Shown one piece after another: positions 1 to 9,893 of a stretch of 64,000 nucleotides of DNA. The stretch spans positions 17,500-81,499 of the forward strand of contig CAVYBJ010000012.1 of NCBI GenBank assembly GCA_963766685.1, written 5' to 3'. The DNA is from an uncultured Chloroflexia bacterium. GTDB taxonomy: Bacteria > Chloroflexota > Limnocylindria > Limnocylindrales > CSP1-4. The stretch's first letter is position 1, and every line of letters begins with the position of its first letter. Both the position numbers and the translations under genes were made by a program. The notes under the pieces are model-generated. The model made no database searches. It was not told the origin of the DNA and saw nothing but the letters and a program-made list of their open reading frames with translations.

Positions 1-835
1 CCGGCCTCCCAGCTGCGCGGAGAGCTCCTGGGCGCCTGCCAGGAGCGGCCCCCGGAGCTGCTCGAGGTAGTCGAGCGTGAAGCGTGTGGCCGGCCCCGAG
101 CAGCTGAAGCCCATGCGCACGGGCGTGTCTCGCTCGAAGATGGGCACGGCGATGCAGCGCATGTCGTCCGAGAGCTCGCGGTCGTCGATGGCGTAGCCGC
201 GCTCCCGGACGTGGCGCAGCTCCCGACGCAGCACCTCCGGCTGCGTGATCGTGTGGGCGGTGAGCGGCGGGAGCCCGGCGGCGATCACCGCTTCGATGGC
301 GTCAGGGCCCTGGAAGGCCAGCAACGCCTTGCCGATCGACGTGCAGTGCAGACGGCTGCGGTCACCGACCTGGAAGTCGACCGCCACCAGGCGACTCCCC
401 TTGACGCGTTGCACGAGCACCGTCTCCATGCCATCCAGCATGGCCAGGTGGACGCTCTCCCCGGTCTCTGCGGCGAAGCGCTCCAGGATGTCGCGCGCGA
501 GGCGCACGACCTCGTTGTCAGCGAGGAGGTTGCGGCTCAGGGAGACGACCCGATAACTGAGCGAGTAGCGACGGGTGCCGGGGTCCTGGCGTACGTAGCC
601 CGCCGTCATCAGCGTGGCCAGCATCCGGTGCGTGGCGCTCTTGTGCATCTCGGCACGCTCCGCCACCTCTCCGAGTGCCAGGGCTCGTGGCTCGGCAGCC
701 ACGGCCTCCAGGACGCGCAGCGCCTTCAGCGCGGTCGAGCTGGAGGACCCGCCGGGTGCCCGGCCCTCCGGTGTCACCGGGCGACTCGTCCCAGATCGTG
801 GATCGTCTGGTCCATCATGCGGAACAGTGTGCCAT
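1..835 (-). CDS. IclR-family transcriptional regulator (3' end runs off the window)
   Basis: Not in the ORF track (no stop inside the window). The reverse-strand frame from ATG 835 (alt. GTG 777) reads ...TALKALRVLEAVAAEPRALALGEVAERAEMHKSATHRMLATLMTAGYVRQD (wHTH), then GDRSRLHCTSIGKALLAF and RGYAIDDRELSDDMRCIAVPIF (IclR effector domain). The + ORF 211..837 is its antisense shadow. Confidence 0.85.
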
Positions 836-892
836 AGCGCTGCAAGTGCCGGATCCCTCTTGACCTGTGACGTATGATGCGGATGTCATTCT

Positions 893-918
893 ACTATCCA
901 TGGCTGCATTCTGATAGT
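893..918. promoter_or_regulatory. Inverted repeat ACTATC-N14-GATAGT in the divergent IclR / aldehyde dehydrogenase spacer (candidate operator)
   Basis: 6-bp arms read directly. Direct CATTCT(A/G) repeats overlap it. There is a TTGACC hexamer at 860-865 and an RBS GGAGGG at 925-930 before ATG 936. Confidence 0.25.
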
Positions 919-935
919 TGTAACGGAGGGGTCAG

Positions 936-2402
936 ATGCGGATGCTCGTCGCCGGCGAGTGGTGCGATGCCTCGGACGGCGCCACCATCGCGGTCCTGAA
1001 CCCCGGCAGCGGCGCCCTCATCGACCGGGTCCCGGCCGCCACGGAGGCAGACGTCGAGCGCGCCGTGGCCGCCGCCCAGGAGGGCCGGCGGGCGATGCAG
1101 CTCATGCCCGCCCACGCCCGCGGCGCGGCACTCATCGAGGCTGCCGCGCGCCTGGAGACCGATCGCGAGACCATCGCCCACATGCTGGCCGCGGAGAACG
1201 GCAAGCCCATCCGCCAGACCCGCGGTGAGGTGGACGCCTCCGCGCGCATCCTGCGCGGCTTCGGGGAGGAGGCCAAGCGCCTCTTCGGCCGGCAGGTGCC
1301 CATGGATGCCGTCCCCGGGGCGGAACGCCACGTGGCCATGGTCATCCGCCAGCCTGTCGGCGTCGTGGCGGCCATCGTGCCCTTCAACTACCCGCTGGAG
1401 CTCTATGCCCACAAGGTGGGCGCGGGACTTGGCGCCGGGAACGCCGTCATCGGCAAGCCACCCAGCGACTGCCCGCTGACGCTCCTGCGCCTGGCGGAGA
1501 TCCTCCAGTCGTGCGGGCTGCCACCCACCGCGCACCAGATGCTCACCGGCAGCGGCGCTCGCATCGGGCCGCTCCTGGCGGCCAGCCCCGGCGTGCAGAT
1601 GCTCACCCTGACTGGCAGCGTGGAGACTGGCGTCGCCTTGGCCCGCATCGCGGCAGAGCACCTGAAGCCCTTCCACGCCGAGCTGGGCGGCAACGACGCC
1701 TCCATCGTCTGCGCGGACGCGGACGTCGAGCTGGCGGCCCGCGCCATCCTGCTGGGCCGCCTGGCCCGTGGCAACGGGCAGATCTGCTGCTCGGTCAAGC
1801 GGGTCCTGGTGGACCGACGCGTGGTCGCCGACTTCACCGCGGAGCTGGCCCGTCAGACCATGGAGCTGGTGGTCGGAGACCAGCTGCGCGAGGACTGTGA
1901 CGTGGGTCCGCTCATCAGCGAAGCGGCCGCCGTGGAAGTCGTCGCCCGCGTGGACGAGGCCGTCCGCGCCGGCGCCAGGCTGGTCGCCGGGGGCACGCGC
2001 GAGGGCGCCTTCGTGGCGCCGACCATCCTCGCCGACGTGCCCCTCGATGAGCGGCTCTTCTGCGAGGAGACATTCGGGCCAGTGGTCCCGGTGGTCGCCT
2101 TCGACAGCCTGGACGAGGCCATCGGCATCGCCAACGACTCACCCTACGGCCTGCAGGCGGCCGTCTTCACGAAGGACCTCCAGACGGCCATGAACGTGGC
2201 CTTCCGCCTGGAGGCCGGCGGGGTCATCGTGAACTGGGGTTCCGCGGTGCGTTCGGAGAACCTGCCCTTCGGCGGTCTCAAGATGAGCGGCCACGGCCGG
2301 GAGGCCATCCACGACACGATGCTCTCGATGACGGAGCAGAAGGCCATCCTCTTCCATGACGTCCTGACCACGGGATCGCAGGGCACGGGCAGCCGCGAAT
2401 GA
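936..2402 (+). CDS. NAD(P)-dependent aldehyde dehydrogenase
   Basis: Intact 488-aa ORF with ALDH-superfamily motifs: FNYPLEL, HAELGGNDA (catalytic Glu region), GQICCSVKR (catalytic Cys region), EETFGPV, PFGGLKMSG. Confidence 0.9.
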   Translation: MRMLVAGEWCDASDGATIAVLNPGSGALIDRVPAATEADVERAVAAAQEGRRAMQLMPAHARGAALIEAAARLETDRETIAHMLAAENGKPIRQTRGEVDASARILRGFGEEAKRLFGRQVPMDAVPGAERHVAMVIRQPVGVVAAIVPFNYPLELYAHKVGAGLGAGNAVIGKPPSDCPLTLLRLAEILQSCGLPPTAHQMLTGSGARIGPLLAASPGVQMLTLTGSVETGVALARIAAEHLKPFHAELGGNDASIVCADADVELAARAILLGRLARGNGQICCSVKRVLVDRRVVADFTAELARQTMELVVGDQLREDCDVGPLISEAAAVEVVARVDEAVRAGARLVAGGTREGAFVAPTILADVPLDERLFCEETFGPVVPVVAFDSLDEAIGIANDSPYGLQAAVFTKDLQTAMNVAFRLEAGGVIVNWGSAVRSENLPFGGLKMSGHGREAIHDTMLSMTEQKAILFHDVLTTGSQGTGSRE

Positions 2403-3904
2403 GCGAGACGCCGCGGATCCGGATGGCGGGCATCTCCAAGCGCTACGGAGCGGCCTTCGCCCTGCGCGACGTGGAGTTCGTCGCCCGGTCGGGCGAGATC
2501 CACGCCCTGATGGGCGAGAACGGTGCCGGCAAGTCGACACTCGTGCGGGTCCTCTCCGGGGCTGTGCCTGCCGATGGCGGTGACATGCAGGTCGACGGCG
2601 TCGCCTATGACCCGCGGTCACCCCACGATGCCCGTGACCAGGGCATCCGGGCCGTCCACCAGGAGTTCAGCCTCGTGCCGCAGTTGAGCGTGGCAGAGAA
2701 CCTGCTGCTCGGAGAGCTGCCGACCCTGGCCCCGGGCATCGTGGACTGGGCCACGGCACATCGGCAAGCCAGCGAGAGCCTGGCGGCGCTGGGCTTCGAG
2801 GGCATCGATACCCGTCTGCGCGTCGATCACCTGGGCGTCTCGCAGCGGCAGATGGTGGAGATCGCCAAGGCCCTGCGAGGCACGCCCCGCGTGGTGATCC
2901 TGGACGAACCGTCGGCCGTCCTGTCCAACAAGGAGCTGGAGCGCCTCTTCGCTGTCCTGCGGGCCTTCCGCAAGGAAGGTGGGGCCGTCGTCTACGTGTC
3001 CCACCGCCTCGACGAGGTGCTGCGTATCTCCGACCGCATCACGGTCCTCAAGGATGGCGAGCGCGTGGGCACCGTGGAGACCGCCGCCGTCGGTGAACAG
3101 GAGCTCATCCGCATGATGGTCGGGCGACCCCTGAGCGAGATCTACCCGGCTCGCCAGCGCCCGCCGGTCAGCGAGCTGTTCACGCTCCAGGGTCTCAGCG
3201 GACCCGGCTTCCACGACGTGGACCTGGCACTCGGGACCGGCGAGGTCGTGGGGCTCTTCGGGCTGGTCGGCGCCGGGCGCACGGAGCTGGCACGGGCCAT
3301 CTTCGGCGCCGCACGGCTGACCTCGGGGCGCATGTCGTTCGATGGCCAACCCTACCGGCCGCGATCACCAGCCGATGCGCTCCGGGCAGGCGTGGCGATG
3401 CTCGGAGAAGAGCGCGGACGGGACGGGCTGGTCATGCCGGCCAGCGTCCTGGACAACCTGACCCTGGCGTCGCTCGGCCAGCTGAGCCGCTTCGGGGTGC
3501 TCCGGCGGCGCGAGCAGAAGGCAGCCGCAGGCAGCCAGGTCCAGGGCCTGGACATCCGGCCGCCGGTCCTCGGTCGGACCGTGCGCATGCTCAGCGGCGG
3601 CAACCAGCAGAAGGTGGTCTTCGGGAAGTGGCTCATCCGCGGGGCACGCGTCCAGATCCTCGATGAGCCCACGCGCGGCGTGGACGTCGCGACCAAGGTC
3701 CAGATCTACCAGATCATCGCCGACCTGGCTGACCGCGGGCTGGCGGTCCTGCTCATCTCGTCCGACCTGCCGGAGATCATCGGCATGAGCGATCGCATCA
3801 TCGTCATGCGTCACGGTCGGGTGGCCGGTGAGGTGCCGGCCGGCGAGGCCACCGAGGAGCGACTGCTGACCATCGCCTCCGGCGTCACCGGGATGGCCGC
3901 ATGA
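2399..3904 (+). CDS. Sugar ABC transporter ATP-binding protein (two fused ABC cassettes, RbsA/MglA type)
   Basis: Intact 501-aa ORF. Walker A GENGAGKST and GLVGAGRTE, signature LSGGNQQK, Walker B ILDEPT. ATGA overlap with the upstream gene. Confidence 0.92.
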   Translation: MSETPRIRMAGISKRYGAAFALRDVEFVARSGEIHALMGENGAGKSTLVRVLSGAVPADGGDMQVDGVAYDPRSPHDARDQGIRAVHQEFSLVPQLSVAENLLLGELPTLAPGIVDWATAHRQASESLAALGFEGIDTRLRVDHLGVSQRQMVEIAKALRGTPRVVILDEPSAVLSNKELERLFAVLRAFRKEGGAVVYVSHRLDEVLRISDRITVLKDGERVGTVETAAVGEQELIRMMVGRPLSEIYPARQRPPVSELFTLQGLSGPGFHDVDLALGTGEVVGLFGLVGAGRTELARAIFGAARLTSGRMSFDGQPYRPRSPADALRAGVAMLGEERGRDGLVMPASVLDNLTLASLGQLSRFGVLRRREQKAAAGSQVQGLDIRPPVLGRTVRMLSGGNQQKVVFGKWLIRGARVQILDEPTRGVDVATKVQIYQIIADLADRGLAVLLISSDLPEIIGMSDRIIVMRHGRVAGEVPAGEATEERLLTIASGVTGMAA

Positions 3905-4914
3905 GCGGCCAGGGGGGCGACGCGAGCAGCCCGGGCATGCACGGCAGCGACGATCTCCCGACCAGTCCTGCGAGCGTGGGCAGCCAGTTCCGGTCGAGCC
4001 TCGGGTCGCGAGGCTGGCTGGACCTGGCGCTGCCGGTCGTCTTCCTGGTCCTCCTCGTGTTCGCCGCCGTGTCATCGGACACGTTCCTGACCGAGAACAA
4101 CATCAGCAACCTGCTGCGCCAGATCGTCATCAACGGCCTGCTGAGCCTGGGGATGCTGGTGGTGATCCTCTCGGGTGGCATCGACCTCTCCGTCGGTGCG
4201 GTCGTCGCCCTGAGCGCCATCCTCGTGGGCGTGCTCATGGAATCGGTGCCCATGCCCGTCGCGATCGTGCTCGCCATCAGCGCATCGGCGGTCGTGGGCC
4301 TCATCAACGGCGGCGTCATCGCCCGCTTCAAGATCGCCCCCTTCATCATGACCCTGGGGACGCTGTCCGCGGTGCGCGGCCTCGTCTACGTCATCTCGGA
4401 GACACCCGTCGTCTACGACGACCCGGGCTTCCTGAGCATCGGCTCGGCAGAGATCGGGCCCGTGCCCGTCATCACGCTCCTGATGATCGCGGCCTTCGTG
4501 CTCATGAGCTTCTTCCTCAATCGCACCACGCCCGGCCGCGCCATCATCGCCATCGGTGGCAACGAGGAGGCCGTGCGGCTGGCCGGCATCAACGTCCGCC
4601 TGAATACGACGCTGGCCTACGTCATCTGCTCCACGCTGGCCGGCATCGCCGGCGTCGTCCTGGCATCCCGGGTCGGCATCTCCCAGCCCAGCGTGGCGTC
4701 GGGCTATGAGCTCGACGCCATCGCCGCCTGTGTCATCGGCGGCGCCATCCTCGGAGGCGGCGGCGGCAGCGTGCGGGGGACCTTCGCCGGCGTGCTGGTC
4801 CTGGGCCTCATCAGCAACCTCCTGAACATGTACAACGTGCAGGCCTACTACCAGCAGATCTTCAAGGGCGTGCTCATCGTCCTCGCGGTGCTCGCCCGAC
4901 GGAAGGAGCGCTGA
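3901..4914 (+). CDS. Sugar ABC transporter permease (RbsC/AraH type)
   Basis: 337-aa multi-TM ORF. AIGGNEEAVRLAGINV motif typical of ribose-type permeases. Start overlaps the ATPase stop. Confidence 0.88.
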   Translation: MSGQGGDASSPGMHGSDDLPTSPASVGSQFRSSLGSRGWLDLALPVVFLVLLVFAAVSSDTFLTENNISNLLRQIVINGLLSLGMLVVILSGGIDLSVGAVVALSAILVGVLMESVPMPVAIVLAISASAVVGLINGGVIARFKIAPFIMTLGTLSAVRGLVYVISETPVVYDDPGFLSIGSAEIGPVPVITLLMIAAFVLMSFFLNRTTPGRAIIAIGGNEEAVRLAGINVRLNTTLAYVICSTLAGIAGVVLASRVGISQPSVASGYELDAIAACVIGGAILGGGGGSVRGTFAGVLVLGLISNLLNMYNVQAYYQQIFKGVLIVLAVLARRKER

Positions 4915-5017
4915 GCATGGCGTGACCGAGGTGCCAGCAGCGGATCGGGCCGACGGAGGCCCGTCGTCGAGGCGAGCGAAGCATCGCTCGCGTACCGAAA
5001 GCAGGAGATCAGAGACG

Positions 5018-5968
5018 ATGAAGCGAATCAGCGCCGCCATCCTGACGTTGGTCCTGGTCCTGGGCACTGTCGGCAGTGTCGCGGCCCAGGACGACACCGG
5101 GAAGATCAAGATCGGCATGGCCAACCTGTCGCTGTGCTGCGCCTATTTCATCGGCATGTCCGAGGCTGTCCAGCAGGAGGCCAGCGTCTACGACAACGTC
5201 GAGATCCTGGTCACCAACGCCGATGGTGATGTCGAGAAGCTCACCTCGGACATCGAGGACCTCATCGCCAAGGGCGTGCAGGGCATCGTCCTCTCCGGTG
5301 CCTTCATCGAGGCAGCCCCGCAGGCCCTGGCCGCCATCCAGGAAGCGGGCATCCCCGTGGTCATGGTGGACCGCCTCCTCAAGGGCGGTGACTACACGAG
5401 CTGGGTCGGTCCCGACAACTACGCCATCGGCGTCCAGGACGGCCAGTTCATCGTCGAGCAGCTGGGTGGCGCCGGCAAGCTCGGTGTCATCAAGGGCGGA
5501 CCCGCGGACAACACCATCGGCTCCGACCGCACCGACGGCATGCTCAGCGAGGTCGGCAAGACCGACATCGAGGTCATCAACTACCCGGACTTCGCGGGCT
5601 GGTCCACGGACGGCGGCTTCACGGCAGCCGAGACTCTCCTGGCGCAGAACCCGGACCTCAACGCCATCTTCTGCGAGAACGACTCCATGTGCCTCGGGGC
5701 CCAGAAGGTCATCGAGGACCAGGGGCTGGCCGACCAGGTCTTCGTGGTCGGCGTGGACGGCGAGAAGGCCGCCCTCGTCGAGATCATGAAGGACGGCGTC
5801 TACAAGGCCACCGGCCTCAACAACTCCGACCAGATCGGGCGCGCCGGCTTCAACCGGCTGATGGCCATCCTCGCCGGAGCCAATGCCGAGAAGGACACCG
5901 TCCTTCCGTCGCCGCTCATCACGATCGACAACGTGGAGCGCTTCTACAACCCCGACAGCGTGTTCTAG
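5018..5968 (+). CDS. Sugar ABC transporter substrate-binding protein (periplasmic-binding-protein type I)
   Basis: ATG 5018 follows GGAGA. Signal peptide MKRISAAILTLVLVLGTVGSVAAQ. RbsB-like sequence (VLSGAFIEAAPQAL..., FCENDSMCLGA). The ORF-track start at 4922 is probably too early. Confidence 0.85.
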   Translation: MKRISAAILTLVLVLGTVGSVAAQDDTGKIKIGMANLSLCCAYFIGMSEAVQQEASVYDNVEILVTNADGDVEKLTSDIEDLIAKGVQGIVLSGAFIEAAPQALAAIQEAGIPVVMVDRLLKGGDYTSWVGPDNYAIGVQDGQFIVEQLGGAGKLGVIKGGPADNTIGSDRTDGMLSEVGKTDIEVINYPDFAGWSTDGGFTAAETLLAQNPDLNAIFCENDSMCLGAQKVIEDQGLADQVFVVGVDGEKAALVEIMKDGVYKATGLNNSDQIGRAGFNRLMAILAGANAEKDTVLPSPLITIDNVERFYNPDSVF

Positions 5969-6119
5969 TCGGCATCCATGAGTGTCGGACGGGCCGTGCG
6001 CGGCCCATCCGACAGGCGCTGAGCCGCGTCACCGGGTCCGCCCGGGGTCGCGGCTCTCGCGTATCGTGGCGAGGGGCGTTCGCGGCAGCGCGGCGCCGCG
6101 CGCCAAGGAGGAGGAGCCC

Positions 6120-6761
6120 GTGGTCTCGATCGTCGATCGCATCTCCGAGCTGGGCGTGGTGCCCGTGGTGGTCATCGACGACCCGGCCGACGCCCCGGCC
6201 CTGGCGCGTGCCCTGCAGGACGGCGGCCTGCCCGTGGCGGAGTTCACCTTCCGGACCGATGCCGCGGTGGCGGCCATCCGCGCCGCTTCTGCGGCCTGCC
6301 CGGACGTGCTCGTGGGTGCCGGGTCGGTGCTGCTGCCCGAGCAGGTCGACGCTGCGGTCGAGGCCGGGGCGCGCTTCATCGTCAGCCCGGGCATCGATGA
6401 CGACGTGGTGCTGCGCGCCCGGCACCATGGGCTCGCCAGCCTGCCAGGCTGCTCCACCCCGAGCGACCTCATGCGGGCTCGCCGCCTCGGCCTCGACGTC
6501 GTGAAGTTCTTCCCGGCCGAGGCCGTCGGCGGCATCGAGATGCTCCAGGCCATCGCCGCCCCGTTCCCGGGGATGCGCTTCGTGCCCACGGGCGGCATCG
6601 ACGCGGCCAACATGGCCGTCTACCTCGCGGACAGCCGGGTGCTGGCGGTGGGCGGCTCCTGGATGGTGAAGCCGGCCCTCGTGCGGGCCCGTGACTGGGC
6701 GGCCGTTTCGGCAGCTGCGCGCGAGGCGGTCACCACCGTTCATCGCCTGCGGGAGGGGTAA
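6120..6761 (+). CDS. eda: 2-dehydro-3-deoxyphosphogluconate (KDPG/KHG) aldolase
   Basis: GTG 6120 follows AAGGAGGAGGAG. Family motifs [40 protein letters not shown]. Confidence 0.85.
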   Translation: MVSIVDRISELGVVPVVVIDDPADAPALARALQDGGLPVAEFTFRTDAAVAAIRAASAACPDVLVGAGSVLLPEQVDAAVEAGARFIVSPGIDDDVVLRARHHGLASLPGCSTPSDLMRARRLGLDVVKFFPAEAVGGIEMLQAIAAPFPGMRFVPTGGIDAANMAVYLADSRVLAVGGSWMVKPALVRARDWAAVSAAAREAVTTVHRLREG

Positions 6762-6765
6762 GGAC

Positions 6766-7818
6766 ATGGCGGGACCTGCGGCCGGGGCTCAGCCCCTGGT
6801 GGTGACGCTCGGCGAGATCATGCTCCGCCTCCGCTCCCCGGGACACGAGCGGCTCTTCCAGTCGAACCTGCTGGAGGCCACCTTCGGCGGGGGTGAGGCC
6901 AACGTGGCCGTGTCGCTGGCCCAGTGGGGCGTGGCGGCGCGCTTCGTCACGGCCCTCCCCGAGGGGCCGCTCGGTGATGCTGCCCTGGGCCAGCTGCGCG
7001 GCCTGGGCGTGGATGTCAGCCGTGTCATCCGACGCCCCGGCCGCATGGGCATCTACTTCCTGGAGGCCGGAGCGGCGCAGCGGGCCTCGGGCGTCATCTA
7101 CGACCGCGACGGCTCGGCCATGGCACTGGCCGCACCGGCCGAGTTCGACTGGCCCGCCATCCTGGATGGCGCCAGCTGGTTCCACGTCTCCGGCATCACG
7201 CCAGCGCTGTCAGCGAGCGCCGCGGAGGTCGGCCTGGCGGGCATCGCCGCCGCCCGCGCGGCTGGGCTGGGGACATCGGTGGACCTCAACTACCGGGCCA
7301 AGCTGTGGCGCTACGGCAAGGCCGCCCCGGAGGTGATGCGGACGCTCGTGGCACACGCCGACGTCGCCATCGGCAACGAGGAGGACGTCCAGAAGGCCCT
7401 GGGCCTGGAGGTCGAGGTCGACGTCACCGCCGGCCGACTCGACCAGGCCGCCTACGAGCGCCTCACCGGCCGCGTGATCGACGAGTTCCCGTCGCTGTCC
7501 GCCGTGGCCATCACGCTCCGCGAGAGCCGCGGTGCCGACGTGAACGGCTGGTCGGCTTGCCTGCGCGATGGCGACGGCTTCCACCTCGGGGCCGCCTACG
7601 AGATCCTTGACATCGTCGATCGCGTGGGGACCGGGGACGCCTTCGCCGCCGGCCTCATCTACGGCCGGCTGAGCGGACTGACCACGGCCGAGGCGCTGGA
7701 CTTCGCCATCGCGGCCGGCTGCCTCAAGCACTCCATCCCGGGTGACTTCAACCGCGTGACGCTGGCCGAGGTGCGGCGCCTGGCGGCCGGTGACGCCTCT
7801 GGCCGCGTGAGCCGGTGA
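6766..7818 (+). CDS. kdgK: 2-dehydro-3-deoxygluconokinase (PfkB family)
   Basis: ATG 6766. GGGEANVAV near the N-terminus and [19 protein letters not shown]-site motif. Intact. The last ~28 nt lie inside the tandem repeat at 7791. Confidence 0.85.
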   Translation: MAGPAAGAQPLVVTLGEIMLRLRSPGHERLFQSNLLEATFGGGEANVAVSLAQWGVAARFVTALPEGPLGDAALGQLRGLGVDVSRVIRRPGRMGIYFLEAGAAQRASGVIYDRDGSAMALAAPAEFDWPAILDGASWFHVSGITPALSASAAEVGLAGIAAARAAGLGTSVDLNYRAKLWRYGKAAPEVMRTLVAHADVAIGNEEDVQKALGLEVEVDVTAGRLDQAAYERLTGRVIDEFPSLSAVAITLRESRGADVNGWSACLRDGDGFHLGAAYEILDIVDRVGTGDAFAAGLIYGRLSGLTTAEALDFAIAAGCLKHSIPGDFNRVTLAEVRRLAAGDASGRVSR

Positions 7819-7885
7819 CGCCCCTGGCCGCGTGAGCGGCTGACGCCTCTGGCCGCGTGAGCGGCTCGGTCTCTGGCCCGCGGGC
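7791..7885. repeat. 25-bp tandem direct repeat: 3 good copies plus 1 degenerate, each carrying a GCCGC-GTGA-GCGGC mini-hairpin
   Basis: Units are TGACGCCTCTGGCCGCGTGAGCCGG (7791-7815), TGACGCCCCTGGCCGCGTGAGCGGC (7816-7840) and TGACGCCTCTGGCCGCGTGAGCGGC (7841-7865), followed by a degenerate TCGGTCTCTGGCCCGCGGGCGGG. It lies between the convergent kdgK and second PfkB kinase. Confidence 0.9.
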
Positions 7886-7919
7886 GGGCGCCGCGCTGAC
7901 CTGCCGACGCCGATGCCCG

Positions 7920-8937
7920 TCAGCGCAAGGTGTCGCCGGACCGCCCGCCCAGGAGTCGATCGAGCTCCGAGCGGGTGAGCAGGCCGGTCTGGTCGCCGAG
8001 CGAGGCAACGGCCGCAGCGCCGCAGGCGTTGGCCGCTCGAAGGACCTGGGCGACCGGCTGCCCCTCCAGGCTGGCGGCGATGTAGCCGGCCGTGAAGGCA
8101 TCGCCAGCGCCGATCGGATCCCGGGCGCTGCCGACCGGGAAGCCATCGTCCGAAGTGGTGCTGACCTGCCCGTCGTGGCGGCGTCGCTCGAGGGCGCCGT
8201 CCGACCCCCAGCTTGACGACGACGATCGCGGGGCCCAGGGCCAGCACGGCGTCCGCCGCTGCTGACGGATCGGCGTCGTGGCCGTCCTCGGCCGTCCCGG
8301 CCAGGCCACCGATCACGGCCAGCTCATCACGGCTGCCGAGGACGACGTCACATCGGGCCGCCAGTGGCGCCAGCACGGCGCGGGCGCGGTCCTCCGACCA
8401 GAGTCGCCGGCGCAGGTTGACGTCCAGGCTGATCCGGAGCCCGTGCTCCCCGGCCAGCTCGACCGCGGCCGTCACGGCGGCGGCCGCCGTGGACGACAGG
8501 GCCGGGGTCACGCCGGAGACGTGCAGCCAGCGCGCCGTCTGGAAGACCCCGGCGGCGGCCGTGACATCCTCCGGGCTGAGCCGCGAGCCAGCCGATCCAC
8601 TGCGCCAGTAGACGACCTCCGCGGGACCGACGTCCCGCCGCTCCCGGATCATGACGCCGGTCGGCGCCGCCGGGTCCGTCTGCAGGTGCCCGACGTCGAC
8701 CCCCTGGCCACGCAGGCTCCGGATGACGGAAGCGCCCAGGCCGTCCGCACCGACGCGCCCGATGTAGGCGACCGGGACCCCCAGGCGCGCCAGGCCCGCG
8801 GCGACGTTGGCCTCCGCGCCCGCGACCGTCCGCCGGAAGTCGGCCGTCTCCGCCATGGGGCCGTGCTCGCGCGCCACGAAGGAGGCCATCGTCTCGCCCA
8901 GGGTCACCACCGCGGCCGGAGCGGCCGAGGCGTTCAC
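7920..8937 (-). CDS. PfkB-family sugar / 2-keto-3-deoxy-sugar-acid kinase, one frameshift
   Basis: The N-terminal 2/3 is in the frame of ORF 7210..9123 (VTLGETMASFV, GAEANVAAGLARLG). The C-terminus is in the frame of ORF 7920..8309 (DPIGAGDAFTAGYIAA). The frames join as AIVVVKLG|SDGALE across a G-run at ~8205-8210. GTG 8937 is a plausible start (alt. ATG 8994). Confidence 0.8.
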
Positions 8938-9160
8938 GCTGTCACCACGACGGCATGATGGCAGGTCGCCCAGGGCGCCGGCTCGCCCTGGCATGGCCTC
9001 GCTGCCCCTCCATCGGCAAACGCACATCCCATCACTGGACATTTGCACCGGGCGCGCTACCATCCAGCCAGCCCGCCGTCCGGGATGCCCATGGCTGGAC
9101 GCGGCCCCGGTGCGGGCGGGCACGAGAGCCGTCCCGACAGGACCGCAGCAAGGAGATCAC

Positions 9161-9893
9161 ATGAAGGCCGTCACCGCCACCCTCCTGACCGTCACGGCGC
9201 TCGCCGCCATGAGCCTCCCGGCGTTCGCCCAGGACGAGGAGACGGCAGCTACCGGTCACCGTCATCACGAACGCGGAATTCTGCGCCCTCGTGAGCCAGG
9301 ACCCGGTCGCCTGTGAGGGCATCCTCACCGGCATGACGACGGCGCGTGTCGTGCCGGAGGCATTCGCCGGTCTCGTCGGCGGCGAGCTGCCAGGGGCGGA
9401 TGCCTCGGCCGCGGCCAGTCTCGCGCCGGCCGCCGGCGAGAGCGCCGCGCCGCTCGCGGAGGAGAGCCCGGAGGCCACCGAGGCCCCGGTCGAAGAGGCC
9501 ACCACCGCGCCCGTGGCGGGGGTCGGCGACACCCTCGCCCGCGACGACCTGGAGCTCACGCTCCTGAAGGCCGACTGGAAGCCGGACATCTCCGACTCGT
9601 TCTACCAGCCGGACAAGGGCAAGAAGTACGTGTCCTTCCTGGTCCGCTACGAGGCCCTCGAGGACGGCGCCGACTACAACATCATCTTCTGGGACGCCCT
9701 GGACGCCTCAGGCAAGCGCTACGAGGCGCAGGTCCTCGGCCAGATCGAGCCGGACCTCACGGTGGGCGAACTGGCTGCCGGCAAGAAGGTCCAGGGCTGG
9801 GTCACCTACGAGGTCCCGACCGGCGTGAACGAGCTCCAGTTGATCGAGTCGCAGGTCCTCAAGGACGACCTCACCTGGTCCGTCAAGCGCTGA
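9161..9893 (+). CDS. Secreted DUF4352-like protein, one frameshift
   Basis: ATG 9161 follows AAGGAG. Signal peptide MKAVTATLLTVTALAAMSLPAFAQ. The frame switches at ~9250 into ORF 9291..9893. After an Ala/Pro/Glu-rich linker comes a beta-sandwich part (LELTLLKADWKP...KKYVSFLVRYEAL...GWVTYEVP). Confidence 0.6.

Noticed and set aside
7791-7885. Possible CRISPR array
   Set aside because: The units abut directly with no spacers. There are only 3-4 copies of 25 bp and no cas genes. It is a plain tandem repeat.
7210-9123. 637-aa - strand ORF
   Set aside because: It is a composite. The 5' third is the real PfkB kinase N-terminus. The rest is read-through after the frameshift at ~8205, followed by the antisense of kdgK.
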